This document shows positions 42,812 through 52,539 of a DNA stretch of 60,489 bases, in pieces. The position numbers and the translations under genes are program-made. Source of the stretch: Clostridium sp. CAG:594 (GTDB lineage: Bacteria; Bacillota_I; Bacilli_A; RF39; UBA660); NCBI GenBank assembly GCA_000434835.1, contig FR881489.1, positions 41,750 to 102,238 on the forward strand, given 5' to 3'. Below the pieces are notes generated by a model, which did not search any database, had not been told where the DNA came from, and saw only the letters and a list, made by a program, of their open reading frames with translations. How positions within the stretch are numbered: the stretch's first letter is position 1; each line of letters opens with the position of its first letter.

Positions 42812-45253
42812 TTAATATAAATAGTTTAAATCCACATATCCTCTTATTCCATCAACAGTTCCAGAAGAAGTGTATTGCCATAAAGAATATGAACCTTTAT
42901 ATCCACACTCTGATGCGTTATAATGTGCAATCCAATCAGATTCACCTCTAGCATAACTTCCAAATCTATTATTAACATGATTTAAATCCGCATATACCTT
43001 AACCTTATATTTACTACCCACATAACCACTTACAGAATTAATATAAGTTCTTGCTATATTATCATATTGATCTTTTGATAATGTATTTGAAGTATTATCT
43101 GCTGAAATATACCAATCTTCTAAATCATAATAAATTCCAAGTGTAGGATTTAAATTATATTTGCTTATTATGCTTTTTGTGAAGTTAGCTTCTATATTAG
43201 CACCATTAGTAGTGTTTGCATAACTAAATAGATAAATACCATATGGAATACCTAAACGTTTAACTTCGTTTATGTACTCACTTAGTCTCCCATCTTCCGT
43301 ATTCCAATATCCTATTCTAAGCATTACACCATAAATACCAGTATTATAAACTTTATTCCAATCAATTTGACCTTGGTGGTAACTTACATCTATTACCCTA
43401 GTTTTTTGCTCTGCTTTTACAAATTTGAATTTTTGAGCATTTGAATTATTACAGTTATACATCCAAATATTTGAACCATTTGATGCATTTGCGTTTGCTA
43501 CATCAAGACACAAACCATTGGCATTAGATATTATATTATAATAACCATTTCCCACATCTTTTATAATCCATTGTTGAGCCATAGAGGCATTATAATCATA
43601 TAATTGCACATTTGTACCATTTGATATTCCACCAGATGCAACATCAAATGATTTTGTCAAATTAATTAAGGTACTTATTTTGTAATATCCATTTGATAAA
43701 TAGGAAACTTCCCATTTTTGTGCATTAGAACCATTAGTTTTATATAATTGTATGTTAGCTCCATTATTAGTACTAGCTCCGGCCAAATCAATAACCATAC
43801 TATTATCTAGTGCACTAGTTATTCTATAAATTCCGTTTTTAACAGAATTACTACTTAACCCACTCGCTGTTTTTCTAAAATTAAACTTTTGAGCATTCGT
43901 TCCGTTTGGTGTAAAAACTCCAATGTTATTACCATTATTAGTTGACGCGCCAGATAAATCTAGATACTTTCCATTTTCAGAAATAATGTAATAATTAAAA
44001 CCTGTCTTTTTTATAATCCATCTTTGATTTTTAGAGTTTGTATATTTATTTATTCTTACATTATTATTTGAAGTATCAACTTCCAAAGAATAATTATTGT
44101 CTTTATCACTTAATATGGAATAGTAACCATTATTTTGGTACTTAATATACCATTTTTGAGCTAAAGAATAATTTATGTTATATATTTGAACATTAGTTAA
44201 TGCACCAACATTTCCACTTTTTATATCTAAAACTTTGTTTTGATTTAATGACGTATTTATAAAATAATATCCATCATTTATGGTTTTGGTTCCTATTTCA
44301 GAAACATCATTAAATTTAAATTTCTGAGCATCAGAACCATTATATGTATACATCCAAATATTAGTTTCATTATTTGTGCTTGCACCTGCAACATCTAACA
44401 CCAAATTATTACAATTAGAAACAATGTTATAATATCCATTACCATCATCTGATATTATCCATTTTTGGGCATTAGAACCATTATATTTATATAGTTGGAC
44501 GTTAGTACCACTATATATTCCAGCACCTAATACATCTAATGAATAATCTAAGCTTAAATACGGCTTTATTGAATAATAACCATTTCCTAAATAGTTAACA
44601 AACCATTTTTGTGCGTTGGTATTATTACTTGAATAAAGTTGTATATTACTATTATTTGAAATGTTAGCAGAAGTAACATCAAGTACTCTGCTGTCATTTA
44701 GTTTAGATGAAATAGTATAAAGTCCATTCTTTATTGTTTGTTTATTTTCAAATGATTTTTTAAATAGGAACTTTTGAGCATTTGTTCCGTTATATTTATA
44801 AAGTTGAATATTAGTATAATTACTAGCAACTGCGCTATTTACATCCAAACAATAATCCCTGTTATAAGAACATATAGAGTATAAATTATTTCCTTGTTCC
44901 TTTAAAATCCAGCGCTGAGCATTTGTATTATTTTTTTCGTATAACCAAACATTGCTCCCATTTGAAAATACTCCATTTCTTACATCAAAAACATATTTTT
45001 CATTTATTAAACTAAATATTTCATATTCCTCATTATTTATTCTTTTAACCTTAAATTTTTGAGCATTCGTTCCGTTAGAAGTATATAACTGAACATTGCT
45101 TCCATTTTTAGCAACTCCTCCATTTATATCGAGTACATAATTATTATTTATTGAACTATGTATTGTATAAACACCATCTTCTAATGCACAAACTTTCGTG
45201 CTTAAAAGGAAAAAGAACACCACCATAAATAAAATTAATCTAATATTCTTCAT
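42812..45253 (-). CDS. secreted muramidase: four ricin-B (beta-trefoil, CBM13-like) lectin domains plus C-terminal GH25 lysozyme
   Basis: Signal peptide. Twelve Q-x-W/F subrepeats (NAQKFKV, NAQRWIL, NAQKFLF, NAQKWFV, NAQKWII, DAQKFKF, LAQKWYI, KNQRWII, NAQKFNF, NAQKWEV, MAQQWII, NAQKFKF) form 4 trefoils. GH25 core VIDVSYHQGQIDWNKV...GIPYGIYLFSYA...YYDLEDW. Confidence 0.85.
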   Translation of the reverse strand: MKNIRLILFMVVFFFLLSTKVCALEDGVYTIHSSINNNYVLDINGGVAKNGSNVQLYTSNGTNAQKFKVKRINNEEYEIFSLINEKYVFDVRNGVFSNGSNVWLYEKNNTNAQRWILKEQGNNLYSICSYNRDYCLDVNSAVASNYTNIQLYKYNGTNAQKFLFKKSFENKQTIKNGLYTISSKLNDSRVLDVTSANISNNSNIQLYSSNNTNAQKWFVNYLGNGYYSIKPYLSLDYSLDVLGAGIYSGTNVQLYKYNGSNAQKWIISDDGNGYYNIVSNCNNLVLDVAGASTNNETNIWMYTYNGSDAQKFKFNDVSEIGTKTINDGYYFINTSLNQNKVLDIKSGNVGALTNVQIYNINYSLAQKWYIKYQNNGYYSILSDKDNNYSLEVDTSNNNVRINKYTNSKNQRWIIKKTGFNYYIISENGKYLDLSGASTNNGNNIGVFTPNGTNAQKFNFRKTASGLSSNSVKNGIYRITSALDNSMVIDLAGASTNNGANIQLYKTNGSNAQKWEVSYLSNGYYKISTLINLTKSFDVASGGISNGTNVQLYDYNASMAQQWIIKDVGNGYYNIISNANGLCLDVANANASNGSNIWMYNCNNSNAQKFKFVKAEQKTRVIDVSYHQGQIDWNKVYNTGIYGVMLRIGYWNTEDGRLSEYINEVKRLGIPYGIYLFSYANTTNGANIEANFTKSIISKYNLNPTLGIYYDLEDWYISADNTSNTLSKDQYDNIARTYINSVSGYVGSKYKVKVYADLNHVNNRFGSYARGESDWIAHYNASECGYKGSYSLWQYTSSGTVDGIRGYVDLNYLY

Positions 45254-45310
45254 ATTTTCTACCTCACTAATAGTATATCATTTAATAACATTATTTAAAA
45301 TAAAAAGAAC

Positions 45311-45757
45311 CTATTTTTTAGATTCTTTTTTAAAAACTAATAACTTACTTATAACATAATTAAGTACTATCTGCATAACTTGACAAACCAAAGTAAATAC
45401 AAGAACCCAAACGTTAGAATCAAGTTTAAGAAGTGTTACAAAAAACCACATGATAAACATTTGAATAATTTGAGTTGCTATTCTGCCTTTAAAGAAATTA
45501 AGAATTTCTCTAGCACATTTACTTCCTTTTGTTTTTGACTTGAATACAAATATTCTGTTTGTTACATAAGCAAATGTTACCGCTAAAAACCAAGAAATAA
45601 CTTCTGCTATTTGAAGTTCTAAACCATTTGTTTGATCAAGTATGGTAAATAATAACAGAAGTTTTGATCCAATTGCTACTATAGTAGTTAATCCACCTAC
45701 TATTAAGTAATTGATTATCTCTTCATACTTCTTATATAAATTCCATATTTTTTTCAT
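45311..45757 (-). CDS. gtrA: GtrA-family membrane protein (putative polyprenyl-phosphate-sugar flippase)
   Basis: 148 aa, four TM helices, with the family motif FAYVTNRIFVFKS. Confidence 0.8.
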   Translation of the reverse strand: MKKIWNLYKKYEEIINYLIVGGLTTIVAIGSKLLLLFTILDQTNGLELQIAEVISWFLAVTFAYVTNRIFVFKSKTKGSKCAREILNFFKGRIATQIIQMFIMWFFVTLLKLDSNVWVLVFTLVCQVMQIVLNYVISKLLVFKKESKK

Positions 45758-45759
45758 TT

Positions 45760-46689
45760 TTATTTCCTTAAAGAATTAAGATATAATTCATATAATTGTT
45801 TATGTTTCTTTACTATTACTTGTAAAATTATACCAGTTATACATAACAATAATGCAACAAGTAATGCTATTCCTGAAACTATTAAAGTAGGAAATCTTGG
45901 AACCAATCCTGTTTTAAAATATTCTGAAACAACAGGGATCCCTAAAATCAAAGCTAATACTAAGCAAATTAAACTTATTATATTAAAGAAAGCTGCTGGC
46001 TTATATTCCTTAAATAAAGTAGCTATTGTTTTTAGCACCTTAAATCCATCACTATAAGTATTTAATTTAGATACAGAACCTTCTGGTCTATCTTTATAGT
46101 TAACTGGAATTTCTACTAGTTTAAAGTTCTTATCAACTGCGTGAATAGTCATTTCAGTTTCTATTTCAAAACCCTTTGATAAAACTGGAAAAGCTTTAAC
46201 AAATTCATAAGAAAATGCTCTATAACCAGTCATAATATCTTTAACATTATTCTTAAATAACTTGTTAATTAAGAATCTAACCATTTTATTTCCTAGATTA
46301 TGGAATGGTCTTTTATTTTCCGTAAAATAGGTACTAGATAATCTATCACCTATTACCATATCAGCCTTTCCGTTTAATACTATATCACACATTTCTTTTG
46401 CATTTTCTGCTGGATATGTATCATCACCATCAATCATAAGGTAACAATCAGCATCTATATCTCTAAACATACTTCTTATTACGTTACCCTTTCCTTGGCG
46501 ATATTCATATTTTACAATAGCACCTGCTTTTTCTGCTATTTTGTCTGTACCATCAGTAGAATTATTATCATAAACATATATATCTGCTTCTGGTAACGCT
46601 TTTTTATAATCTTTTATTACTTTTGCAACTGTTTTAGATTCATTATAACAAGGAATTAAAACAGCTATTTTCTTACTATCTTTTTTCAT
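45760..46689 (-). CDS. GT2 polyprenyl-phosphate glycosyltransferase (GtrB/CsbB-like), second copy in the window
   Basis: VLIPCYNE, YVYDNNSTDGT and MIDGDDTY, plus two C-terminal TM helices. The stop lies 2 nt before the gtrA start. Confidence 0.85.
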   Translation of the reverse strand: MKKDSKKIAVLIPCYNESKTVAKVIKDYKKALPEADIYVYDNNSTDGTDKIAEKAGAIVKYEYRQGKGNVIRSMFRDIDADCYLMIDGDDTYPAENAKEMCDIVLNGKADMVIGDRLSSTYFTENKRPFHNLGNKMVRFLINKLFKNNVKDIMTGYRAFSYEFVKAFPVLSKGFEIETEMTIHAVDKNFKLVEIPVNYKDRPEGSVSKLNTYSDGFKVLKTIATLFKEYKPAAFFNIISLICLVLALILGIPVVSEYFKTGLVPRFPTLIVSGIALLVALLLCITGIILQVIVKKHKQLYELYLNSLRK

Positions 46690-46707
46690 TACATCCTCCG
46701 TATTTAC

Positions 46708-46716
46708 ATTATAACA
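46708..46716 (-). promoter_or_regulatory. extended -10 element TGTTATAAT for the gtrB-gtrA operon
   Basis: The complement of attataaca lies 19 nt upstream of ATG 46689. GGAGGA Shine-Dalgarno sequence. Confidence 0.45.
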
Positions 46717-46760
46717 TTTATAAATAAAATTTCAAAATATTTTTAAAAAATATAGTATTA

Positions 46761-46769
46761 TGATATAAT
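46761..46769 (+). promoter_or_regulatory. extended -10 element TGATATAAT for the divergent polytopic membrane protein gene
   Basis: tgatataat lies 18 nt upstream of ATG 46787. AGGTGA Shine-Dalgarno sequence at 46775-46780. Confidence 0.45.
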
Positions 46770-46786
46770 TTAATAGGTGATTATAT

Positions 46787-48559
46787 ATGAATAAAAGAAA
46801 AATTTTAATGATTTTATATAGTTTTATGGCAACGATTGGAATTTCAACTCTAATAGATACGTTTACTATCGATGGACGAGAAAGTGCCAATAATGTATTT
46901 ATGATAATTATATTTTTTGCATTTTATTTTTTTATAAAAAATATAAACGTAAAAGTGGATAAAAGAAAATTAATATTTTCATCTATATTTTCAATAATAT
47001 TATCTGCTATTATTATAGTTGGAAGTCAATTGGAATTAAATCATACGAGTATATCAAAAGTTCAAATGATTTTTGGATTTATATTTATATCAATTACTTT
47101 AATACCAATAGTCATGTCATTACTAAGTATAGAAATAAAAGAGAAAAAACAAGTTACAAAAAGAAATATGTTTTTTAAAATATTTTTAGTAATATGGATA
47201 TTTGGAATTATAGCTTGGTTATCACTATATCCAGGAGGATATGATTATGATGCTCCTGTACAGCTAAGACAATTTATGAATCCAGCATATAAAGTAAATA
47301 CACACTTTTCAGTTTTATTTTCATACTTAGAATATTTAATAGTGAGTTTAGGTTATAAAATTTTTGGTAATTATCAAGCAGCTATTGGATTATTTACGTT
47401 CTTGCAAATGACAATAGTTTCATTAGTAACATCTTATTCAAGTTATTTCATATATAAAGAATCAAGAAATAATAAAGTATTGCTACTAATTTCTGTGACT
47501 TTCTTTTCACTTTTTCCTTTTCATTTATTATTACAAATTTCGTGTGTACAAGATACACTTTTTGCAAGTTCTATCTTAATTTTTGCCATTTCTATTTATA
47601 AGTTTATAAATATAACATCAAATAATAAATTTGATGTTCTTTCACTAATCATTTCGGGTATTCTTGCTACATTGTTTAGAAATAATGGTATATACATAAT
47701 TATTTTTTTACTTATAATTAGTATTCTAATATGCTTTATCTTTAAAATAAAAATAAATAAAAAGATATATTTCACTAATTTAATAGTAATAATAAGTTTT
47801 TATTACATATACGCTTCTTTAATATTGCCTGCCCTAGGAGTTATAAAAGGAGATTCCATAAGAGAAATGTCAAGTATTCCATCGCAACAGTTAGCAAGTG
47901 TTTATAACTATAACAAAAATACGTTTTCAAACAAAGAATTGAAATTATTAAATGAATTTTATCCAAGCTGTGATTTTTCAATTTACACAATAAATCAACT
48001 TATATCTGATAATCAAAAAAGTTGTTTAAATGAAAAATACACTAAGACTCATATAAAAAAATATGCTGAGCTATATATTTCAATAGGAAAAAAGGACTTA
48101 AAAAATTATACAAAAGCATTCTTACTTAATACATATGGTTTTTGGTATCCTAATAAATCATATCCGGATTATAGAATGTTTCATCCATACATAGAGTATA
48201 AAATTTCAACCCCTTCCATTTTTTCTAGTGATTTTATTGAAATAAAAAGAAATAGTAAAATTTCAATTATAGAAAAATACTTTAAAGAGGTACTTAATGA
48301 AAATAAATGGCAAAAAATACCAGTAATATCATCAATATGTTCTATGGGAAATTATTTTGTATTTGGCTTATTTTTAATAGTATTAATACTATATAGAAAA
48401 AAATATAAATATCTAATACCTACATCTATATATGTGGGTATATATATAACTTTATTTTTGTCTCCTGTTGCACTGTACAGGTATGTATATTCTATTGTAA
48501 TTTCAATTCCTCTATTAACTTTAATATTATATAAAACATATTTAAAAAATCAAAATTAA
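46787..48559 (+). CDS. large polytopic membrane protein, candidate GT-C-type extracytoplasmic glycosyltransferase (third component of the GtrA/GtrB system)
   Basis: 590 aa, ~11-13 TM helices in the first ~350 aa, a ~170-aa soluble loop, and two C-terminal helices. Divergent from gtrB-gtrA. Function inferred from context and architecture only. Confidence 0.5.
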   Translation: MNKRKILMILYSFMATIGISTLIDTFTIDGRESANNVFMIIIFFAFYFFIKNINVKVDKRKLIFSSIFSIILSAIIIVGSQLELNHTSISKVQMIFGFIFISITLIPIVMSLLSIEIKEKKQVTKRNMFFKIFLVIWIFGIIAWLSLYPGGYDYDAPVQLRQFMNPAYKVNTHFSVLFSYLEYLIVSLGYKIFGNYQAAIGLFTFLQMTIVSLVTSYSSYFIYKESRNNKVLLLISVTFFSLFPFHLLLQISCVQDTLFASSILIFAISIYKFINITSNNKFDVLSLIISGILATLFRNNGIYIIIFLLIISILICFIFKIKINKKIYFTNLIVIISFYYIYASLILPALGVIKGDSIREMSSIPSQQLASVYNYNKNTFSNKELKLLNEFYPSCDFSIYTINQLISDNQKSCLNEKYTKTHIKKYAELYISIGKKDLKNYTKAFLLNTYGFWYPNKSYPDYRMFHPYIEYKISTPSIFSSDFIEIKRNSKISIIEKYFKEVLNENKWQKIPVISSICSMGNYFVFGLFLIVLILYRKKYKYLIPTSIYVGIYITLFLSPVALYRYVYSIVISIPLLTLILYKTYLKNQN

Positions 48560-48645
48560 AAAAATATCCAATTAAATATAGATTGGATATTTTTTTTAAA
48601 GTATTAAACTTTATTAATACTTTAAAAAGTTGCAAAGCAACTTTT
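48558..48645. terminator. three consecutive hairpins between convergent genes
   Basis: 48561-48593 (aaaatatccaat / attggatatttt, followed by a T-run; plus-strand terminator). 48598-48623 (aaagtattaa / ttaatacttt). 48625-48645 (aaaagttgc / gcaactttt; minus-strand terminator overlapping the stop of the UGM-like gene). Confidence 0.6.
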
Positions 48646-49909
48646 ATCTTAATTTTTCAGCTAACTCTTTAGCTTTAACCATAGAATCTTCCATTGAATT
48701 ATAAATCCAAGCACCATATCTACCAATTGTATAAACACCTTTTTTACTAAATTCATTTTTTAGATCATCTATTTTCTTAGTAGTTTCCGTTTCAATATGA
48801 ACATAAGCTGGATCCATTATAATAGTTTCGTGATCAACTAATTTCATATCATCACTAATAATTCCTGATTCTCTTAAATTTTTAAGAGTTAAATCTAATT
48901 GTTTATCTATTTCTTCTTTAGTTATTTTAGTATCTTTGTTATATCCGATTTCTATATACATACTTAGTTTCTCATCACCTAATATATTATTATAAAAACC
49001 TACTCTGTAATAATTGCAATTCTTAGATGGAATATATAACCAGTGTTCTTTTTTACATAATGGAGATGCTTTATCAAAGCCTAAATTAAATACTAACACT
49101 TTATTATATGACATTTCATTTAATAGTTCGTCATGTCCACCTATTAATTTTAGGAAATTATTTAATGGCATTGTGTTAATTAAATATTCATATTTTACAG
49201 TCTCTCCGTTTGATAAAGTTGCCTCTTTATTATTTAAATCCAATGAAACAACACTGGTATTTAATAAAACTTTACTCTTATCCAACTCATTATATAAAAT
49301 ATTTATAAAGCTAGCCGCCCCATTTCTTGGATACAAAAAGCTTGCATTATATGAATTAACCTTACTATTTTTCATATTGTTAATAATGGCTTCTTTATCT
49401 GCATATGGAAAAAATCTCCCCATTGCATCAACGTCTAATTTAGTTAGATCAACAGCATATAATTTTTCGTTATATGGTTTAAGAAATTTTTCTACTATAG
49501 ATTTTCCAAACTTACCATATAACATATCTAAAAAGTTATCATATTTATCTTTTTCCTCTTTATTGAATAAATCATAAAGGCAATCAATAAATTCTTGTTT
49601 TTCTAGTTGGTGAATATTAGTCTGAAAAGGAAAGTCTATAAAATTATTTTTGTATAAAATTTTAGTGCACTTATCATTGTATATAATATCTTCCTTAGGC
49701 ATTTTACTTAAGAAATTTTTCTTGAACTCATCCGTGTTAAAATGGAAGAAATGACCTGCATAATCCCAAACATAACCATTTCTTTTGATGGTTCTACAAT
49801 ATCCACCGACTTCTTTTTCTTTTTCAACTACTAAGTAGTCTTCTTTTGCATAATTAGCAAATGTAAGGCCTGATATTCCAGCGCCTATTACCAAATATTT
49901 AGTTTTCAT
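48644..49909 (-). CDS. FAD-dependent UDP-galactopyranose mutase-like flavoenzyme (pyranose/furanose mutase family candidate)
   Basis: Rossmann motif YLVIGAGISGLTFA...EKEKEVGGYC and WDYAGHFFHF. C-terminal IGRYGAWIYNSMEDSM resembles the GR.G.Y.Y.NMD motif of Glf. The track ORF starts at 49954, but ATG 49907-49909 follows AAGGAGG. Start therefore set at 49909. Confidence 0.65.
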   Translation of the reverse strand: MKTKYLVIGAGISGLTFANYAKEDYLVVEKEKEVGGYCRTIKRNGYVWDYAGHFFHFNTDEFKKNFLSKMPKEDIIYNDKCTKILYKNNFIDFPFQTNIHQLEKQEFIDCLYDLFNKEEKDKYDNFLDMLYGKFGKSIVEKFLKPYNEKLYAVDLTKLDVDAMGRFFPYADKEAIINNMKNSKVNSYNASFLYPRNGAASFINILYNELDKSKVLLNTSVVSLDLNNKEATLSNGETVKYEYLINTMPLNNFLKLIGGHDELLNEMSYNKVLVFNLGFDKASPLCKKEHWLYIPSKNCNYYRVGFYNNILGDEKLSMYIEIGYNKDTKITKEEIDKQLDLTLKNLRESGIISDDMKLVDHETIIMDPAYVHIETETTKKIDDLKNEFSKKGVYTIGRYGAWIYNSMEDSMVKAKELAEKLR

Positions 49910-49977
49910 TATTATCCTCCTTAATTTCATATTTATTATATCAAAAAAAGGCAACTTATTAAAGTCACCTTTTAAAA

Positions 49978-52539
49978 TTATTTATTTTTTAACCAGCTGA
50001 AAAACTCAATTAAAGACATAAAATGTCCGTTAAAAAATCTATGAATTTTAATTCGCTTTTTAGAAACCTTATCATCTTTATATATTTCTGGGTATTTTTT
50101 TAATATTTTATTAAACTTTCTAAATTCTTTTGGACTTTTTAAGTTTTGAGTTAATATATAATATTGAGCCTCAACTAATGGAATTATTATTTTATTTTTT
50201 AAATAGTATTTTTTATTTTCGCTTACGTCTTTTGGAATTTTATAATACTCTTCTATTAATCTTAAAGTGACCTTTTCGTGATTTTTAAAATTTCTTCGGT
50301 ATGATTCAGCGGAAACTGATTGACCTGCTCTTCCCAAATAATAATTATAAATATCTAATGGATAATATATAACGGTTTTTGAATTTAAATATCCAATAAA
50401 GTTATATTCCATATCCACATAAAAACAATGTTCATCAATCTTAAAATTAGCATCTTTTAATATTTTTGTTTTATATGTTGATGTTGATAGCAATGGTCCC
50501 CACTGCTCAAATCCATAACCAAAATGTTTCATATTGTCTAAGTGATATTGAACGCCAGGTACCATAAATGAATAATTTCTAACCGGAGTTTTAACAGCAT
50601 CTATTGCATAATCTGCAACATAATTAGTTAATATTATATCACTGTCTTCTTTTTCTAATATTTCTATAAATTTTAGGAAATCTTTCTCTATAAAATAGTC
50701 GTCCCCATCCATCAACTTAAAGTATTTACCAGTAGCTAGTTCAATTCCTTTATTGATTGTTGAGCCATGTCCACCATTAGGTTTATCAATTAGTTTAACT
50801 ATTGATTTATCACCATTTGTTGTTAATTTTTCTAATTCCTTTCCAATTTTTGCAGTATCATCTTTAGAGCCATCATTTATTATAAGTATCTCTAATTTGT
50901 TTGAATATTTATTATCTATCAAAGAATGAATTCCTGCTTTAAGAAATTTAGCAACATTATATGATGGAACCGCAATCGTTAATATTGGATTATTAACTTG
51001 TTTTTTATATTTGAATGAAGCAATGTTTGGCTTACTCTTTATCAGTTTTAAATCGGCTCCTATTGTATTATTATAACTGCAAGTTTTTGCTACACAATCA
51101 TGTGTTTGCTTTGACAATTCTTTAAATAGTTTTTCATCAAAATATATTTTTTCTATTAAGTCAGCATATTGTTTTATATTTTCCGTATCACAATATGTAC
51201 CAATATTAGGATGTATATATTCTTCAGTTCCTACTCCATTTGAAGTAATTACGACATTACCAGACATTGCGGCTTCGCATGAAGAAACAGCTTGAGTATC
51301 AAATCTAGTTGGAAATAATCCTATTCCATTTTCTTTATGGACTTGTGCTATTTCCTTGTGTGATAAAAACTTTTTATAAATATGTACATTTGGAAAATTC
51401 TTTAATGGTGCAAGCAAAACGTCATGATAATTACCATCACCATAAAATGAAAATTCTAAATCATCAAATATCTTTCTTGTACTTAATTCAAGTACCACTT
51501 TAACTGCTATATCAATTGAATATGTGCTTAAGTTATCATATTTTCTTATAACAAATATTTTCTTCCTAAGATCAGATTTTTTTTCATTGTATTTAAATAT
51601 ATCAGTATCTATATTACAAGGAATAACATAAGCGTTATTATATTTAATTCCTATCAATTTTTCGCTTAAATTTTTAGCCCAATTAGATACAAATACAAAT
51701 TTAACATTGCTCTTTTCATTATATCTTTTAATTAAATCATCTTTTCCTGGAAATGTTTTATATACTTTTTCTGGAATTTCTGTTATATTCTCAAAATATT
51801 TTGCATTCAATCTATCCCATGCTCTATATAATGTATCACTTCCATGAGAGTAAATGATTATTTCAGTTTCTGTTAAATCACTAGCATCCAAAATTTGAGC
51901 ATACTTTTCATCGAAAAAGTGTATTAATATTTTTTTGTATTTTTTATTTTGTAAAATTTTTCTTATATCATTATATCCAGTAGATACAACTTTTATATTT
52001 TCAAATTTTGAAATTGAACTTTTGTTTATGTAATTTTCATTTACTACAGCAAGATCTACTTTTAAATTCTCTTTCTTGTATGCTTGCATTCTAGAATGAA
52101 TAAAGGCATATGCATATTTATTAAACTCACTTGGATACCCAGGACACAAAAGCAAAATATCCCCATGAAACAAACTTGATATTTCATCCTCAAAAACATA
52201 ATTAAAATTTACATCTAAATTTTTTATTCTTATCTTTGAATTTGGAAAAATTGTAATACCAACGAATGTTAATTTATTAATATTTTCAAAAAAATTCTCA
52301 GAATTTGGATCAATACTTTCAACAACTTTGAACTTTTTATTTAATAATTTTATCTGACATCCTTTTCCCTCAATTATATCTATTTCATTTACAAATTTAA
52401 ATTTTTTATTCTTGCAGTATATTGGTTTCAAGAATATTACATACCCTTTTTTTGAAGTTTCATTAGATATATCTAAAACCTTACCTATTTTATTAAATTT
52501 AATATTTTTTGAAATTTTTAATTTACAATCCGTAATCAT
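49978..52539 (-). CDS. three-module glycosyltransferase: N-terminal ~125-aa beta-rich module, GT-B (GT4-like) domain, GT-A (GT2) domain, helical tail
   Basis: 853 aa. GT4-like region YGDGNYHDVL...GIGLFPTRFDTQAVSSCEAAMSGNVVITS. GT2 region LTIAVPSYNVAKFL...ILIINDGSKDDT...GGHGSTINKG...KLMDGDDY. Paralogue of the adjacent 910-aa protein. Confidence 0.8.
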   Translation of the reverse strand: MITDCKLKISKNIKFNKIGKVLDISNETSKKGYVIFLKPIYCKNKKFKFVNEIDIIEGKGCQIKLLNKKFKVVESIDPNSENFFENINKLTFVGITIFPNSKIRIKNLDVNFNYVFEDEISSLFHGDILLLCPGYPSEFNKYAYAFIHSRMQAYKKENLKVDLAVVNENYINKSSISKFENIKVVSTGYNDIRKILQNKKYKKILIHFFDEKYAQILDASDLTETEIIIYSHGSDTLYRAWDRLNAKYFENITEIPEKVYKTFPGKDDLIKRYNEKSNVKFVFVSNWAKNLSEKLIGIKYNNAYVIPCNIDTDIFKYNEKKSDLRKKIFVIRKYDNLSTYSIDIAVKVVLELSTRKIFDDLEFSFYGDGNYHDVLLAPLKNFPNVHIYKKFLSHKEIAQVHKENGIGLFPTRFDTQAVSSCEAAMSGNVVITSNGVGTEEYIHPNIGTYCDTENIKQYADLIEKIYFDEKLFKELSKQTHDCVAKTCSYNNTIGADLKLIKSKPNIASFKYKKQVNNPILTIAVPSYNVAKFLKAGIHSLIDNKYSNKLEILIINDGSKDDTAKIGKELEKLTTNGDKSIVKLIDKPNGGHGSTINKGIELATGKYFKLMDGDDYFIEKDFLKFIEILEKEDSDIILTNYVADYAIDAVKTPVRNYSFMVPGVQYHLDNMKHFGYGFEQWGPLLSTSTYKTKILKDANFKIDEHCFYVDMEYNFIGYLNSKTVIYYPLDIYNYYLGRAGQSVSAESYRRNFKNHEKVTLRLIEEYYKIPKDVSENKKYYLKNKIIIPLVEAQYYILTQNLKSPKEFRKFNKILKKYPEIYKDDKVSKKRIKIHRFFNGHFMSLIEFFSWLKNK

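Noticed and set aside
49014-49577. 187-aa plus-strand ORF
   Set aside because: It is antisense to the UGM-like gene, has low-complexity composition, and has no translation signals.
699-51503. Remaining short track ORFs: 699-896, 2938-3168, 4400-4675, 6296-6490, 10183-10395, 10537-10782, 10941-11123, 12088-12291, 15479-15682, 17369-17608, 18461-18751, 19823-20044, 24247-24438, 25732-25944, 31067-31330, 31690-31875, 33834-34034, 35862-36131, 36300-36497, 36730-36999, 37921-38163, 40361-40558, 40470-40670, 41547-41741, 51309-51503
   Set aside because: All overlap longer ORFs with recognisable protein families, mostly on the opposite strand. All have shadow-ORF composition. None has a convincing ribosome-binding site.
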